Shown: piece by piece, positions 1 through 10,467 of the stretch
Layout of the letters: every line of letters begins with the position of its first letter
Numbering within the stretch: position 1 is the first letter of the stretch
Assembly: GCA_024704765.1 (NCBI GenBank)
Contig: JAKMXF010000361.1
Location: 1-64,000 of the forward strand
From: Oopsacas minuta
Taxonomy: Eukaryota > Animalia > Porifera
Direction: 5' to 3'
DNA: 64,000 bases
The notes under the pieces: generated by a model
What the model was told of the DNA's origin: nothing
The model's database searches: none
The model's input: the letters and a program-made list of their open reading frames with translations, nothing else
Made by a program: the position numbers and the translations under genes

Positions 1-976
1 GGGGACGTGGCCGTAAATCGTCCATATCGAAAGTTGCCAAGATTGTAATTACTAAATCAATTGGCAAAAAACGACAGTCTGTACGTGGTCTATCCAAGAA
101 ATTAAAGTTGAAAGGTCATTCCGTATCTCAGAGTACAGTGTACCGTTATTTGACAAAAGAAAAGGGCGTAAAATCTTACAAACGCCAGCGGCAGCCGTTA
201 ATAACAGAGAAAAACATGGCTGCTAGGTTAAAATTTTGTAAAGAACGTGCAATTGGACAGCAAATGATTGGAAAAACATATTATTTACAGATGAATCACC
301 GTTTGAGTTAAATCATCCCCCAAACAGGAAAAATGATTGTGTTTCGGCGAGAAACGCATTGGATGTCGAGCCCGTTCAGATGGTGAAATTTCCAAAGAAA
401 ATTCAAGTATGGGGTATGATGTCACATCGTGCACTGTCGGAGTTACATTTCATTCCTGTTGGACAAACTGTATCTGCAGAGTACTATGTTAGTGAGATAC
501 TGGGTAAAACTTTAATGTCTACAATGAACAGAAAGCGAGAAAGAGGCACAGTTGTTAAGAGGAAAATGTTAATATGTCCCGTGCGATATTTCAACAAGAT
601 GGCGCTCCAGCTCACACGGCAAACATGACACAAAATTGGTTGAGAAGTAACCTAAAGAGTTTTTGGGCGAAAGGTACCTGGCCAGCCAACTCTCCAGACT
701 TGAGTCCCATTGAGAACATATGGTCGATTTTGAAAGATGATCTAGATTCAATAGGTGAGATAAAAGACATAAAAATGTTGGAAAATCGACTGAAAACAGC
801 ATGGTCCAATATTTCACCAGAGGTTCTGGACAAATTGATGGATGGAATGCCAAAACGAATCCATAAGTGTATTGAACTTAGTGGTGGATATATTGGCAAA
901 TAATTGTAGTAATATATCTAGTATTCTATTAGTTATGTAATATTGTATAACACGACATCAATTGTGAAACACCCTG
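1..976 (+). mobile_element. Tc1/mariner-superfamily DNA transposon with frameshifted DD37E transposase; left end outside window
   Basis: Transposase is spread over three frames: HTH region GRGRKSS..SQSTVYRYL (3-311), WKNILFTDES at the first frameshift, QVWGMMS (359-628) and FQQDGAPAH..SPDLSPIENIW (574-903). There are 37 residues between the second D and the E. The right end reads ATTGTGAAACACCCTG followed by TA (977-978). Confidence 0.88.
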
Positions 977-1400
977 TATATAAGATATACTGTATATGAT
1001 TACCAGTCAACTCGCCCCTATTCAACTCAACAACGAGGGGCGTAAAATCACAGCTGGAGGTGCGTATATAAATAGTATTAGTAAAACTCTGGGTCCACCC
1101 GTAATAAGAAATACTCTAAGACAACATCGAGTGGGTCTAAAATAGGTACAAGTTGATCGAAATAAGAGGTACGAGTAGACCAAAAAATATGGACAAGTTG
1201 CTGGCTCCCTCGCATATAGTCAGGGTCCCTCACCAAGTCTGGTGTCAAAATCTATAATTTTTAGCCTCATATTGTTCATAATATGATTATGATTATTGTA
1301 TACTTGTGATCCTAGCATGAAGATTTGGTGATTATTTACTCTTATCTTGAAGAATAATACTAAACAACATACCGTAATAGTAAATATATTTGTTATTTAG

Positions 1401-4370
1401 ATGGGGAGAACTGATCACAAAGAGCCCTGAGTATGGTACAATGAAGGAGACTTGGCATGCTAGTCTTGTAGAGGCTACGCGCACTGCTGAGGTTAGTTAA
1501 TATTATTTAGTAACATACCTATCCAGTATTATTGTTGTTAGGTACATTCTAAAATGTCGAATCGATTAAATGATTACGTGGTGGAGGATGTAAAGCTATG
1601 GAAAAGAGAGAAATTTCACAAACATATTATCAGTTGGAAGGAAACAAAGAGAGTAGAAGGAGGATTTGCTAAAGCTCAGAAACCATGGTCAGTATTATAT
1701 GGACGGGTGAGTTATGTTATATTGCTATATTCAGTCATTATTTAAAGTTTTACTTGCCATTTCTTTGGAGGACAATATGGTAAGAAAAACCGAAGAAAAT
1801 ATATGAAATTCCCACATTCTTTACAACCTTAGAATTAATTTAGTAACAAAAAACTGGTTTCGATTGTATTATGCTTGTGCTGATTCTATATTTAGGTGCA
1901 AAGAGCTAAGAAATCATATTACAATACTTCTAAGAATTATTTCAGCTTGTGTGGACGGATTGATGAATTTGAGAATACAGTAGGATACTCATTGGCTAAA
2001 GTACAGAAGGAGAAGGAGAAAGTATTGAGGTACGTTAAGCTGTGTTAGCGGATAAGGCACGAGCTCTCTAATTGTCCACTTGGGACACACACATACTTTC
2101 CAACTCCTTATAATAATTTCCCGAGATTTTATTTGCCATCCTCGGGATTTTCAAAAATTTCATCCATTAGAAATACAGGGTTGGCTAGTTTAACCCCCCT
2201 CCTCCGGTTTAAACCGGGTTAAACCCTATTTTATGGTCAAAACTGGTTATTTCACTCTGCTAAACCTCATTTAATTGGGTAAACTGCCTAAATTGTGTTT
2301 GAGACTCTAATTTAGGATTGTCAGACTATAATTTGATTAATCAAACTAAAGAAGTATATTCCCTTTTTTGGAAATTCAATTTTAATATTATTCATTACAA
2401 ATATGTATTTGGAATGAATGCTAATTTCATACTAAATAAGGTCTGGTTTTAAGTCAATTGTACGATTACAGATCTTTATTTATTATGAAGACTTATAATA
2501 TTTCTGTGTTTACAATTTAAACCGGGTTTTACCCACTGGGCCGGGCTAAACCTATTTAACCCGGGTTAAACTCTAACCTTGTAGAAATATCATGCAATTA
2601 TTTGGAAAATATGCACAGAAATTTGCAAATATATCCCGGGTTCTTGTATGGTTGACAAGTATGACACATCCCCCACAGATGGAAAATAGAGAGAACAATA
2701 CGTAGGAGATTATTATACTATACCTGAATATTCTAATTATGTAATTGATAATTGAGTACCTGCAGGGTAGAAGGACATTTACATAGAGCACAAATTAAGT
2801 ACAAAGCGCGGTTAGACGATCTACACAATTATCAAGAACAATACGTCATAGACATGACACGTGAGTATGACAACTGGCAAGAGATAGAGAGAGAACGAAT
2901 GACATACTTTATTCAAATATTCGAACATTATGCCAAAGCACTTGACATAACACAATTCAAACAGTAAGTATTATTCATGAATACAAATACACAATATAGA
3001 GATTTGAAACTTGTTCTACAGTTTAGATAATATCTACGATGAATTTGATAAAGTGATCAGACGTACTTCTCCTGTAGATGATCTCACTTGGTTTTCTCAG
3101 CACTATGGGAAGGAAATGCCTAGATCTTTCCCACAGTATGAGGTGAGATGAGACTATACAAATACAGTGGAACCAGCTATTAGTAAATCGTATTTTGCAA
3201 GAATATTCCTTGTTAATCCGCGAATTTTGCTATTATGCACACCGATTACCATACATAGCTGCACTTTATGTCCATGAATAAAGTTGCTAATAGGCGGTTT
3301 CCACAGTACAGTAGAACCTAGTTAGTATGAACACCAAGGGACCGCTAAATTGTTCGCCTTAACGATATTCGTATTAACAAATGTAATTTGTTTTAAAATC
3401 GATTGAAGTGTCCAAAAGGTGTGTTCATACTAACGGGAAATTCGTATTCACCGTGTTCGTACAATAAACGAGGTTCTACTAATCTAAAGTTCAATTAGAA
3501 ATGATATATATTATCACTTCACTACGAACCATCTTGTCATTATAAATAAATATATACTAACGGTGGAATTCGCCCATAGCAAATCGTATTTTGTATGAAT
3601 TTTCCTTCTTAATCCGAAAATTTGCTATTATTCAACTATTTACCATACACAAATGTGCTCTATGTCCATGAAAACGTTGCTAATAGGCGAACACCACTAT
3701 AATACGTATATGCTCATAAAGTAATATTTTGTTTAACAGGAATATCCGGGTAGTTCTAACGAAGGGATACAAATGCTAGACAAGAGAGTTCCTTATCAAG
3801 CTACTAATACAGAGTTTGCTGAACCTTCTCACTTCAAGGACCCTGCTACAACATTCGGAGGTGCGTATTATCCCCAACAAGATGTAGATATAGATATAAA
3901 TCTGAGTAGCAGATTAACTAAGCCAGAATCAGGTCTTCTCTCCCACCAGTATGATATTCCTAATCCACCAGATACCGATACAGATCTACCGGACCTACCG
4001 GAAATGCCGGGATCTGATGATTGGCTACCAGCTGCTCGTCTCAAAGAAATAGGTCAGTAGTAAATGAATACTTCGTTTGAATTACCATTTATATGTTATG
4101 TCGATTTGAATGTCTTGTATATTCGGAGCTATCAGAATCCATAGATATCTCCATGATCACAGCTCAAATGTATCTGTATCTATTATAGGTCTATCTGTAG
4201 GAACTAAAATGAAAGCTTTGTATGATTTTGAGGCTGAGGAGGATGATGACCTGGCATTTGCTGCTGGTGACGTCATAACTGTATTCGGAGATGAGAAGGA
4301 CGGCTGGGTACAGGCTACTCTAAATGGAGAGGTAGGATATGCTCCTTTTGACTATCTTGAGATGGTTTGA
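1401..4370 (+). CDS. PACSIN: PACSIN/syndapin F-BAR + SH3 protein, 5'-partial (first exons left of window)
   Basis: Phase-consistent GT-AG exons: 1401-1491, 1542-1706, 1896-2029, 2766-2963, 3022-3142, 3740-4052, 4189-4370. Motifs SPEYGTMKETWHA, KETKRVEGGFAKAQKPW and DDLTWFSQHYGKEMPRSFPQYE; C-terminal SH3 ALYDFEAEEDDDLAF..GWVQATLNGEVGYAP. Confidence 0.9.
2176..2581. mobile_element. MITE-like element in PACSIN intron
   Basis: Imperfect TIRs (CAGGGTTGGCTAGTTTAACCC versus CAAGGTTAGAGTTTAACCC on the other strand), subterminal CCGGGTTAAA repeats, TA on both flanks. Confidence 0.45.
3165..3306. mobile_element. pogo/Tc1-like MITE family A
   Basis: TA-CAGTGGAACCAGCTATTAG...CTAATAGGCGGTTTCCACAG-TA. 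Homologous copies at 3561, 9092, 24817 and 49525. Confidence 0.7.
3309..3480. mobile_element. pogo-like MITE family B, abutting family A copy
   Basis: TA-CAGTAGAACCT...AGGTTCTACT. Related copy at 53132-53312. Confidence 0.65.
3561..3699. mobile_element. MITE family A, diverged copy
   Basis: Collinear with 3165-3306 (AAATCGTATTTTG...TATGTCCATGAA...GTTGCTAATAGGCG). Confidence 0.6.
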
Positions 4371-4912
4371 GTGAAAGTTGGTTGTTGTCCTGTAATCTCA
4401 TTCATATTTTTACGAACATATTTCTATTTATTTTTGTTAGTTTATATTATTAAGCAATCAGGTAACCCTGTCACTAGCCCTGTTTATGTATTGTCATACT
4501 CTTATTTATTCTGTAATACATTTAATATTAATACAATTTACCTTATTTATACTGACACACTGTTATCGTGTTCTCTAATATTATTAACACTATAACAGCT
4601 GATGATTCAGTGAAAGTGGGATGAGGCATGATCCAGGAGCCTCTGGGTGGTTCCAGGAATTTTCAAAGGGCGTATAGGTAATTGTACAATCTATATACAC
4701 ACAATGATACAAAAAGGAGGCTCAAGGCCCCCCCTGGATCCATCCCTATGAACTACTATATATATATCTGGTTATACACTTGTATGATTTCTTGCTTATT
4801 GGTAAGGATCTACTAGCACATAACACTGATAATATTAAAGTGGTTAATACGTACATTATCAAGAATTAGCCATAGAGTAAATTCTTAGTTAGAGCTTTTA
4901 ACCCATTGAGTA

Positions 4913-5626
4913 ATGGCAGAACTCATAGTGGATCAGAAACTTGTCCTCGACTCTAGCACGACAGACGGACTCCCTCCTTCCAGCCTCAAGAACGGAGATG
5001 AGCAGTCTGTACCGCAGAACACACAAACAGATCTGTCTGTGAAGATTATATGTCTAGGAGATTCCGCTGTTGGAAAATCTAAACTAGTGGAGCGTTTCTT
5101 ACTGGATGACTATATCCCTCAGCAATCCTCTACATATGCAGTGAATCTATTTAAGTACAGCACTAAGGTGAGGGGTAAGCGAGTAGCAGTGGACATATGG
5201 GACACCGGGGGACAGGAGCGGTTCAATACCATGCACCCTTCATATTATCATGGATCACACGCATGTATCCTCGTGTTTGATATCGAGAGGAAGATCACAT
5301 ACAAAAACCTGGGTAACTGGTACCGAGAGATGCGACACTTCAGACCTGAAATTCCGTGCCTAGTGGTTGCTAACAAGATTGATATTGACATGAAAGTAAC
5401 ACAGAAAGCATTCAATTTCGCAGCTAAGCACCAACTCCCTATGTACTTCGTCTCTGCTTCCAGCGGAGTTAACGTAGTTAAGGTATTCAGGGACAGTATT
5501 AAACTAGCTGTAGCTTACAAGGAGAACTCCACTGACTTTATGGATGAGATTATGAAGGAGCTGGAGCTTATGGGGAATATAGATATAGAGACAGCTAATG
5601 ATACGCAGCCCTGTGACATTAAGTGA
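4913..5626 (+). CDS. RABL2: Rab-like protein 2 small GTPase, intronless
   Basis: VKIICLGDSAVGKSKLVERFL, WDTGGQERF..MHPSYYH, ITYKNL..WY.EMRHFRPEIPCLVVANKID match RABL2. Confidence 0.93.
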   Translation: MAELIVDQKLVLDSSTTDGLPPSSLKNGDEQSVPQNTQTDLSVKIICLGDSAVGKSKLVERFLLDDYIPQQSSTYAVNLFKYSTKVRGKRVAVDIWDTGGQERFNTMHPSYYHGSHACILVFDIERKITYKNLGNWYREMRHFRPEIPCLVVANKIDIDMKVTQKAFNFAAKHQLPMYFVSASSGVNVVKVFRDSIKLAVAYKENSTDFMDEIMKELELMGNIDIETANDTQPCDIK

Positions 5627-6072
5627 TTACGTCACTCACTTATCACTGCCAACAACTCACTTAGCTGTTTGTATGTACAGTTTTAATTGCACTGCTTGAG
5701 GAATGACTAATACATTTTATCTGAGTGGTGTAGCTTACAATTGAGCATATATCCTATCCTGTATTTAATCAATTTTATGAATATACTTTAGCTATACTTG
5801 ACAACCGCCCTCATTTCTGGACATTTGTTCCCGCCAAAACATAGCCGAAAGCGGAGTTGTCCCGCTTTTTGAAAGGTAGACTAATACACTATTTGTAGTT
5901 TAGTACAAATATGCTTTGCCTTGCTAATTAGAATTCTACGACGGTTCAATAGAAACTTTCGTCCCTCTTTTTACGCCAGGTAAACCCGAAATCCAGGTGA
6001 TCATAGGATTGTCACGCTAAATAATCAATCAATTTTAAGTAGCAGATTTCTATAGTATCTGTAGTAAGCTGA

Positions 6073-6954
6073 ATGTCTAATCAAAGTAAGCCAAAGATTT
6101 TGAAGTCTAAGCCTAAACTCCAGTCTGTTTCTACTCGTCTCTGCTCTCCTAAGTCAGACACAGAGACTAGGAGGTCTGAGAGAAGTTTGAAAGAACAGTT
6201 ACAACTGTTGGAGAATGAGAACTCAGAACTCAGATATAGACTGGATAGTCTCAGGAGAGCTAAGAATCAGCTGATTATTAAGCGGGAGAAGGTTCCTATC
6301 TGTCATTCTATAAGAACCTCCTCTCCATCCTTAGAGACTCAATCTATAACTGAAGATAGTGCTCACCCTGTTGATCTGTTATCAGATAGAGAGGACCTAC
6401 AGCTGAGAGAATTAGAGCTAGAGAGATTATGGCAATTAAGACAAGAGGAAGTAGAGCGTAATTTGATAAGAGAACATGAAGAGGAAATACAGCAACTACA
6501 GAGAGATAATATAGAGCTAAGGGGTGCGGTAGAACAGACTAGATTAGAGAAGAGTGAGCTTATTGCTGATTTTGAAATCAAGGAAGTAAAATGGTTACAA
6601 GAGATACAACAACTAGAAACTAAGTGTAACAGCACGATAGACAGTGATTACCAGGATTTGGGAGAGAAATGCAGAGAGTTGAGGAAGCTGTTGAGAGAGA
6701 AGGAGCTTAGAGCAGATAACCTGTTAGCTGAGAATTCACATCTTAGAGCTACACTAGATAAGAGGGAAGAGGAATGGAGAGTAAGGGAAGAAGAGCTGAG
6801 CTTAGAATTAAGGAATGCATGGGGGAAACGGTATCATGAATGGATCACTAAGGCTGAGAGGAAAATGCAGGAGTTACAAGAGATGAATCAGATTCTACAG
6901 AATATGGTGGAGAAGAAGGTAGGAGAGATGTCAGACAGGAAGCTAAGTAATTAA
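6073..6954 (+). CDS. Uncharacterised coiled-coil protein (293 aa), intronless
   Basis: Long ATG-initiated ORF in 65-70% AT DNA, E/L/R/K/Q-rich heptad composition. No family recognised. Confidence 0.75.
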   Translation: MSNQSKPKILKSKPKLQSVSTRLCSPKSDTETRRSERSLKEQLQLLENENSELRYRLDSLRRAKNQLIIKREKVPICHSIRTSSPSLETQSITEDSAHPVDLLSDREDLQLRELELERLWQLRQEEVERNLIREHEEEIQQLQRDNIELRGAVEQTRLEKSELIADFEIKEVKWLQEIQQLETKCNSTIDSDYQDLGEKCRELRKLLREKELRADNLLAENSHLRATLDKREEEWRVREEELSLELRNAWGKRYHEWITKAERKMQELQEMNQILQNMVEKKVGEMSDRKLSN

Positions 6955-7542
6955 TAGTATAACAATATAATTATCTGTTTTAACAATAACCCGATCTCTT
7001 ATACGTTTTCAGTATTTTGTAATTCTAATAAATCAGATTGATATGCTGTTAAATAATTTATATGTGAAATAACCCCAACATCAGTATTCATTTTCAAATA
7101 ATCAGGGAAAATGTAATTTTTAAACTTTTAGCTCGGTTTATAGAAAATGATTGCTCTATTAGTCCGATTTTTGTCCAAAACATAGCCAATCTGTGTTAGA
7201 ACGTTATATCTCCTAGAGCTAAGAAGACTCTCAAATGGCTATTTTACAATTTTTTTCAGATGTGAAGGGAGTTCACCCTAGATTAATTATACAACCGTAC
7301 TTTAGCCAAGCTAGAGACCCATCGTGCTACCTTTGCCATGCGATAGAGCATCTAAATTTATTTTCTATTAATGCGAAGTTGTGAATCATAGCCTAGGTTA
7401 TGAGCGAACATATTATTACTAAAATTGGTTTATTTCATAGGCTATTATCCAATTGACCAAATTTATGTAATTTTCCATTCTTTCTTTCAATACATAGTAA
7501 TCTTCTTGTTACTTAATCCAGCACTATTACCATTAGCCTCTG

Positions 7543-8628
7543 ATGTTAATTGTATTATCTGTGGCGAGTAGACTCGTATCAGAGGTTCTGTTCTTGCTGT
7601 CTGGTATGAAGGAACCAGACCCCAGTCACGTCTCTCTCCTCCGCTACCTCTCAGAGTATCTGCCACTCCCTACATACGGTATTATCTACATCCAGATACC
7701 AGTAGAGAGATTAGCCAATACTTCTAGTACTAAATTATTGTTTGGATCTAATAATAAAACTAGTCAATACTACAGGTAATACTGTATACATTATTCAAGA
7801 TGTTACAAATTCATTTTAATATTTTTCTATGCTATTTCTAGATCCAGAGTATCTCGGAGAATTGACTTATCATCAAGTTTTAACCGCAGTAACCTAGACA
7901 ACCGTTCTCTTGATTCTGTAACAGACTCAGACTGTGTGGAGGTATGGGACAGTGAGATATCTTTCACCAGTGATTGTCCTACTGTACACGTAGCTTCTGA
8001 CCCCCAGAGAGTGTCCAGGAGACCAGAAGTAGAGACTGCTTATAACGGAGATGATGAGTTATCGGTACCTGAGTCAGCTGCTGAGCAGAAGATTGTTTCA
8101 CTCATGACAGAGTTAGTGAGTCTCAAGTCTCAATTAGCTAGCATAATACTCGGTATGCATGACTATATTAATGTACATCATATTACTCAGGTATACTATT
8201 ATCTATTCTCTATTGTGTTAGACAAAGAGCTAAAGTCCCAACGAAATGTAATTCCAGATCCTCCCCCAGACATCCCTATTTGGTTTACTAACCGGATAAC
8301 TCAACACACTGCCGTACAGGCACCTGCATGCAGTACTCCCTCCTTCCTTACACCTGTATCCAGACAGCCTAGACAGTCCGTACAGTCTGGTGACAGACCT
8401 AACATGGTTAACGTACTAGAAGGTATTGGTAGTGTTAAACTCAAATGTGTCAGCAAATCACCAGGAGGAACACCCCTCAGATTACAAGCTAAGTCTCCCA
8501 AGCCTGGAGATGATCCGGGGGCAATAATTGCATATGCCCTCAAGAAGAGATTTGCTAATATTTTGCCGGCTTTCAATGAAGATGAGGAGATTTCAACTTC
8601 AGAAGATCTCGATCATACTTTTTCATAA
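7543..8628 (+). CDS. MTFR1: Mitochondrial fission regulator (MTFR1/MTFR2 family), about 316 aa
   Basis: Phase-consistent exons 7543-7775, 7842-8152, 8222-8628. Motifs QKIVSLMTELVSLKSQLASII, PNMVNVLEGIGSVKLK, SPGGTP and DPGAIIAYALKKRFA. Confidence 0.8.
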
Positions 8629-9091
8629 ATCAACACGTTTGTTTACTTGATCCAGACAACCCAATCATTTGATCCATTCCATCATGCCTGTTTGGTTGCT
8701 AAGTTACGGCTGTAACTTTTTTGTTATGATACTTCACTTTATCCAACTGAATTTGCTGTTTACTGTTTACATTGTTTATACCCTAAATCTATGCACAAAT
8801 TATACATGTTTTATTGTCGATTATTTTGTGAATTATGAGCATTTCCATTACTTTCAGATAAATAGGTACATTTGTTCATAATTAGGATCCTCTAACCAGG
8901 CATGGAGTCAAGCTGACTCAAGATATTTATAAAGGATTAGGTCTTGACTTAAGCTCTAGTAAAAATGAACTTACAGTGAGCCCTTTCGGACTTGACGCCA
9001 TGGCTGCGGTTCTAACGTTCATCCTATTTGTTTCCTACCATAATATGCAGTCACTACATATGTATTCCAAGCACTTTATAGTTATTTGTTA

Positions 9092-9231
9092 CAATGGAGT
9101 TCGCTTATTAGCAACCATTTCTAGGTCCCAAGTGTACATTTTATATTGATTCTGTTCCCTTATTAGCAACTTAGCATAGTAGCAACGGAAATCCATGCAA
9201 AATACGAGTTGCTAATGAACGAACTCCACTG
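9092..9231. mobile_element. MITE family A-related
   Basis: TA-CAATGGAGTTCGCTTATTAGCAAC...GTTGCTAATGAACGAACTCCACTG-TA. Confidence 0.65.
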
Positions 9232-9510
9232 TACTTAGAGAATGTAGGTTTAATCTTTCATCACTTGTTAGTCTCGTCCTTAAACCCCCAGCTTGGTTGT
9301 AAGGGATTATTACATTAGCCTACGCAAGTATTACTCTATTTCATTTACGGTACATAATTGCGTAACTAGTTATAATACGCCACGTGTCACTATTGTAGTA
9401 GTTATAACTATCCTACTTATAATAATTACAAATTTAAACTCTTTCAGATGTAGCAACTAAAACAATAATCTACTCTCCATATATATATATATATCCGAAC
9501 ATATAATAGT

Positions 9511-10132
9511 ATGTCATCTCAAAGGAGAGTGGTTCTACAGCTCTACAGAGAAGTTAGTTAAGTTACTTGTATTTTTGCAAAGCTCCATGGTCCTTAGTTC
9601 CGTATTCATTGTATTATAGCTGCTGTTTATGGGAAGAGAGTATCCGATGGGATTCCTATTCTTTCGGGAGAGATTGAGAAAGGTTTTCCAGAAGAATAAG
9701 ACTGTAGAAGATTATGAACAAATCTCTAATCTTATCAAACGAGGGAATTTCGTCATCAAAGAACTTGAAGTGAGTAATAATATAGACTGAACTGTATACA
9801 CATGCGGGTATGATTATTTGGGAGCTGTTTTTAACCTATGATGTTAGTACGAATATCTGAACTTCACTTGCCCTAATCAGGAACCAGTATCTAGTGTGTT
9901 GTCATTTGTATATGAATTAAAAACGTGACAAGTGACAACAGAGTGAACAGACTGAATACTGATAGCAATTATACATGTATAGTTTCAGGTTTCGGAAATA
10001 GGATGGATATGCTCTCTCGTTGTATGCAAATCAATTGAATTTTATGTTTATTTATCTTTCCAATATTCATAGGCTATGTACAAATTGAGGAAGTATCGCA
10101 CTTTAAAGAAGAATTACTATGAAGATTCATGA
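9511..10132 (+). CDS. ETFRF1: ETF regulatory factor 1 / LYRM5 (83 aa), not in ORF track
   Basis: Exons 9511-9552, 9620-9769, 10073-10132 give [67 protein letters not shown]. Confidence 0.92.
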
Positions 10133-10467
10133 CCTAAATCAGCTGTTATAGTGTTACGTTACACACTCTGATCAAGAAAATACTGCGATCATTTTCCACT
10201 AATAATAAATAAATAATTTTGTGCTGAATCAATACATGCAGGGGCGGTACATATGATCTAACTGGCTGACTAACTTAATAATAATGCTCCTGTTGGTCCT
10301 GTGATATACATTTCCAAATATTTAATATAGATCTAGTATTTTCCAATATACAATTCTAATATTCCCTGATTGCCAATAGCTTTATTACAATAATAATTAT
10401 CTCATTCAACTGGTAGCTTTTAACACAAATATTATCCGTCAATTGTTATTATATTAGAATTTCTTAA

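Noticed and set aside
569-899. Minus-strand ORFs over the transposase, and antisense ORFs over the 6073 ORF, SMAP, LCLAT1, GTF3A and COX15
   Set aside because: Shadow frames of real genes, with no independent motifs.
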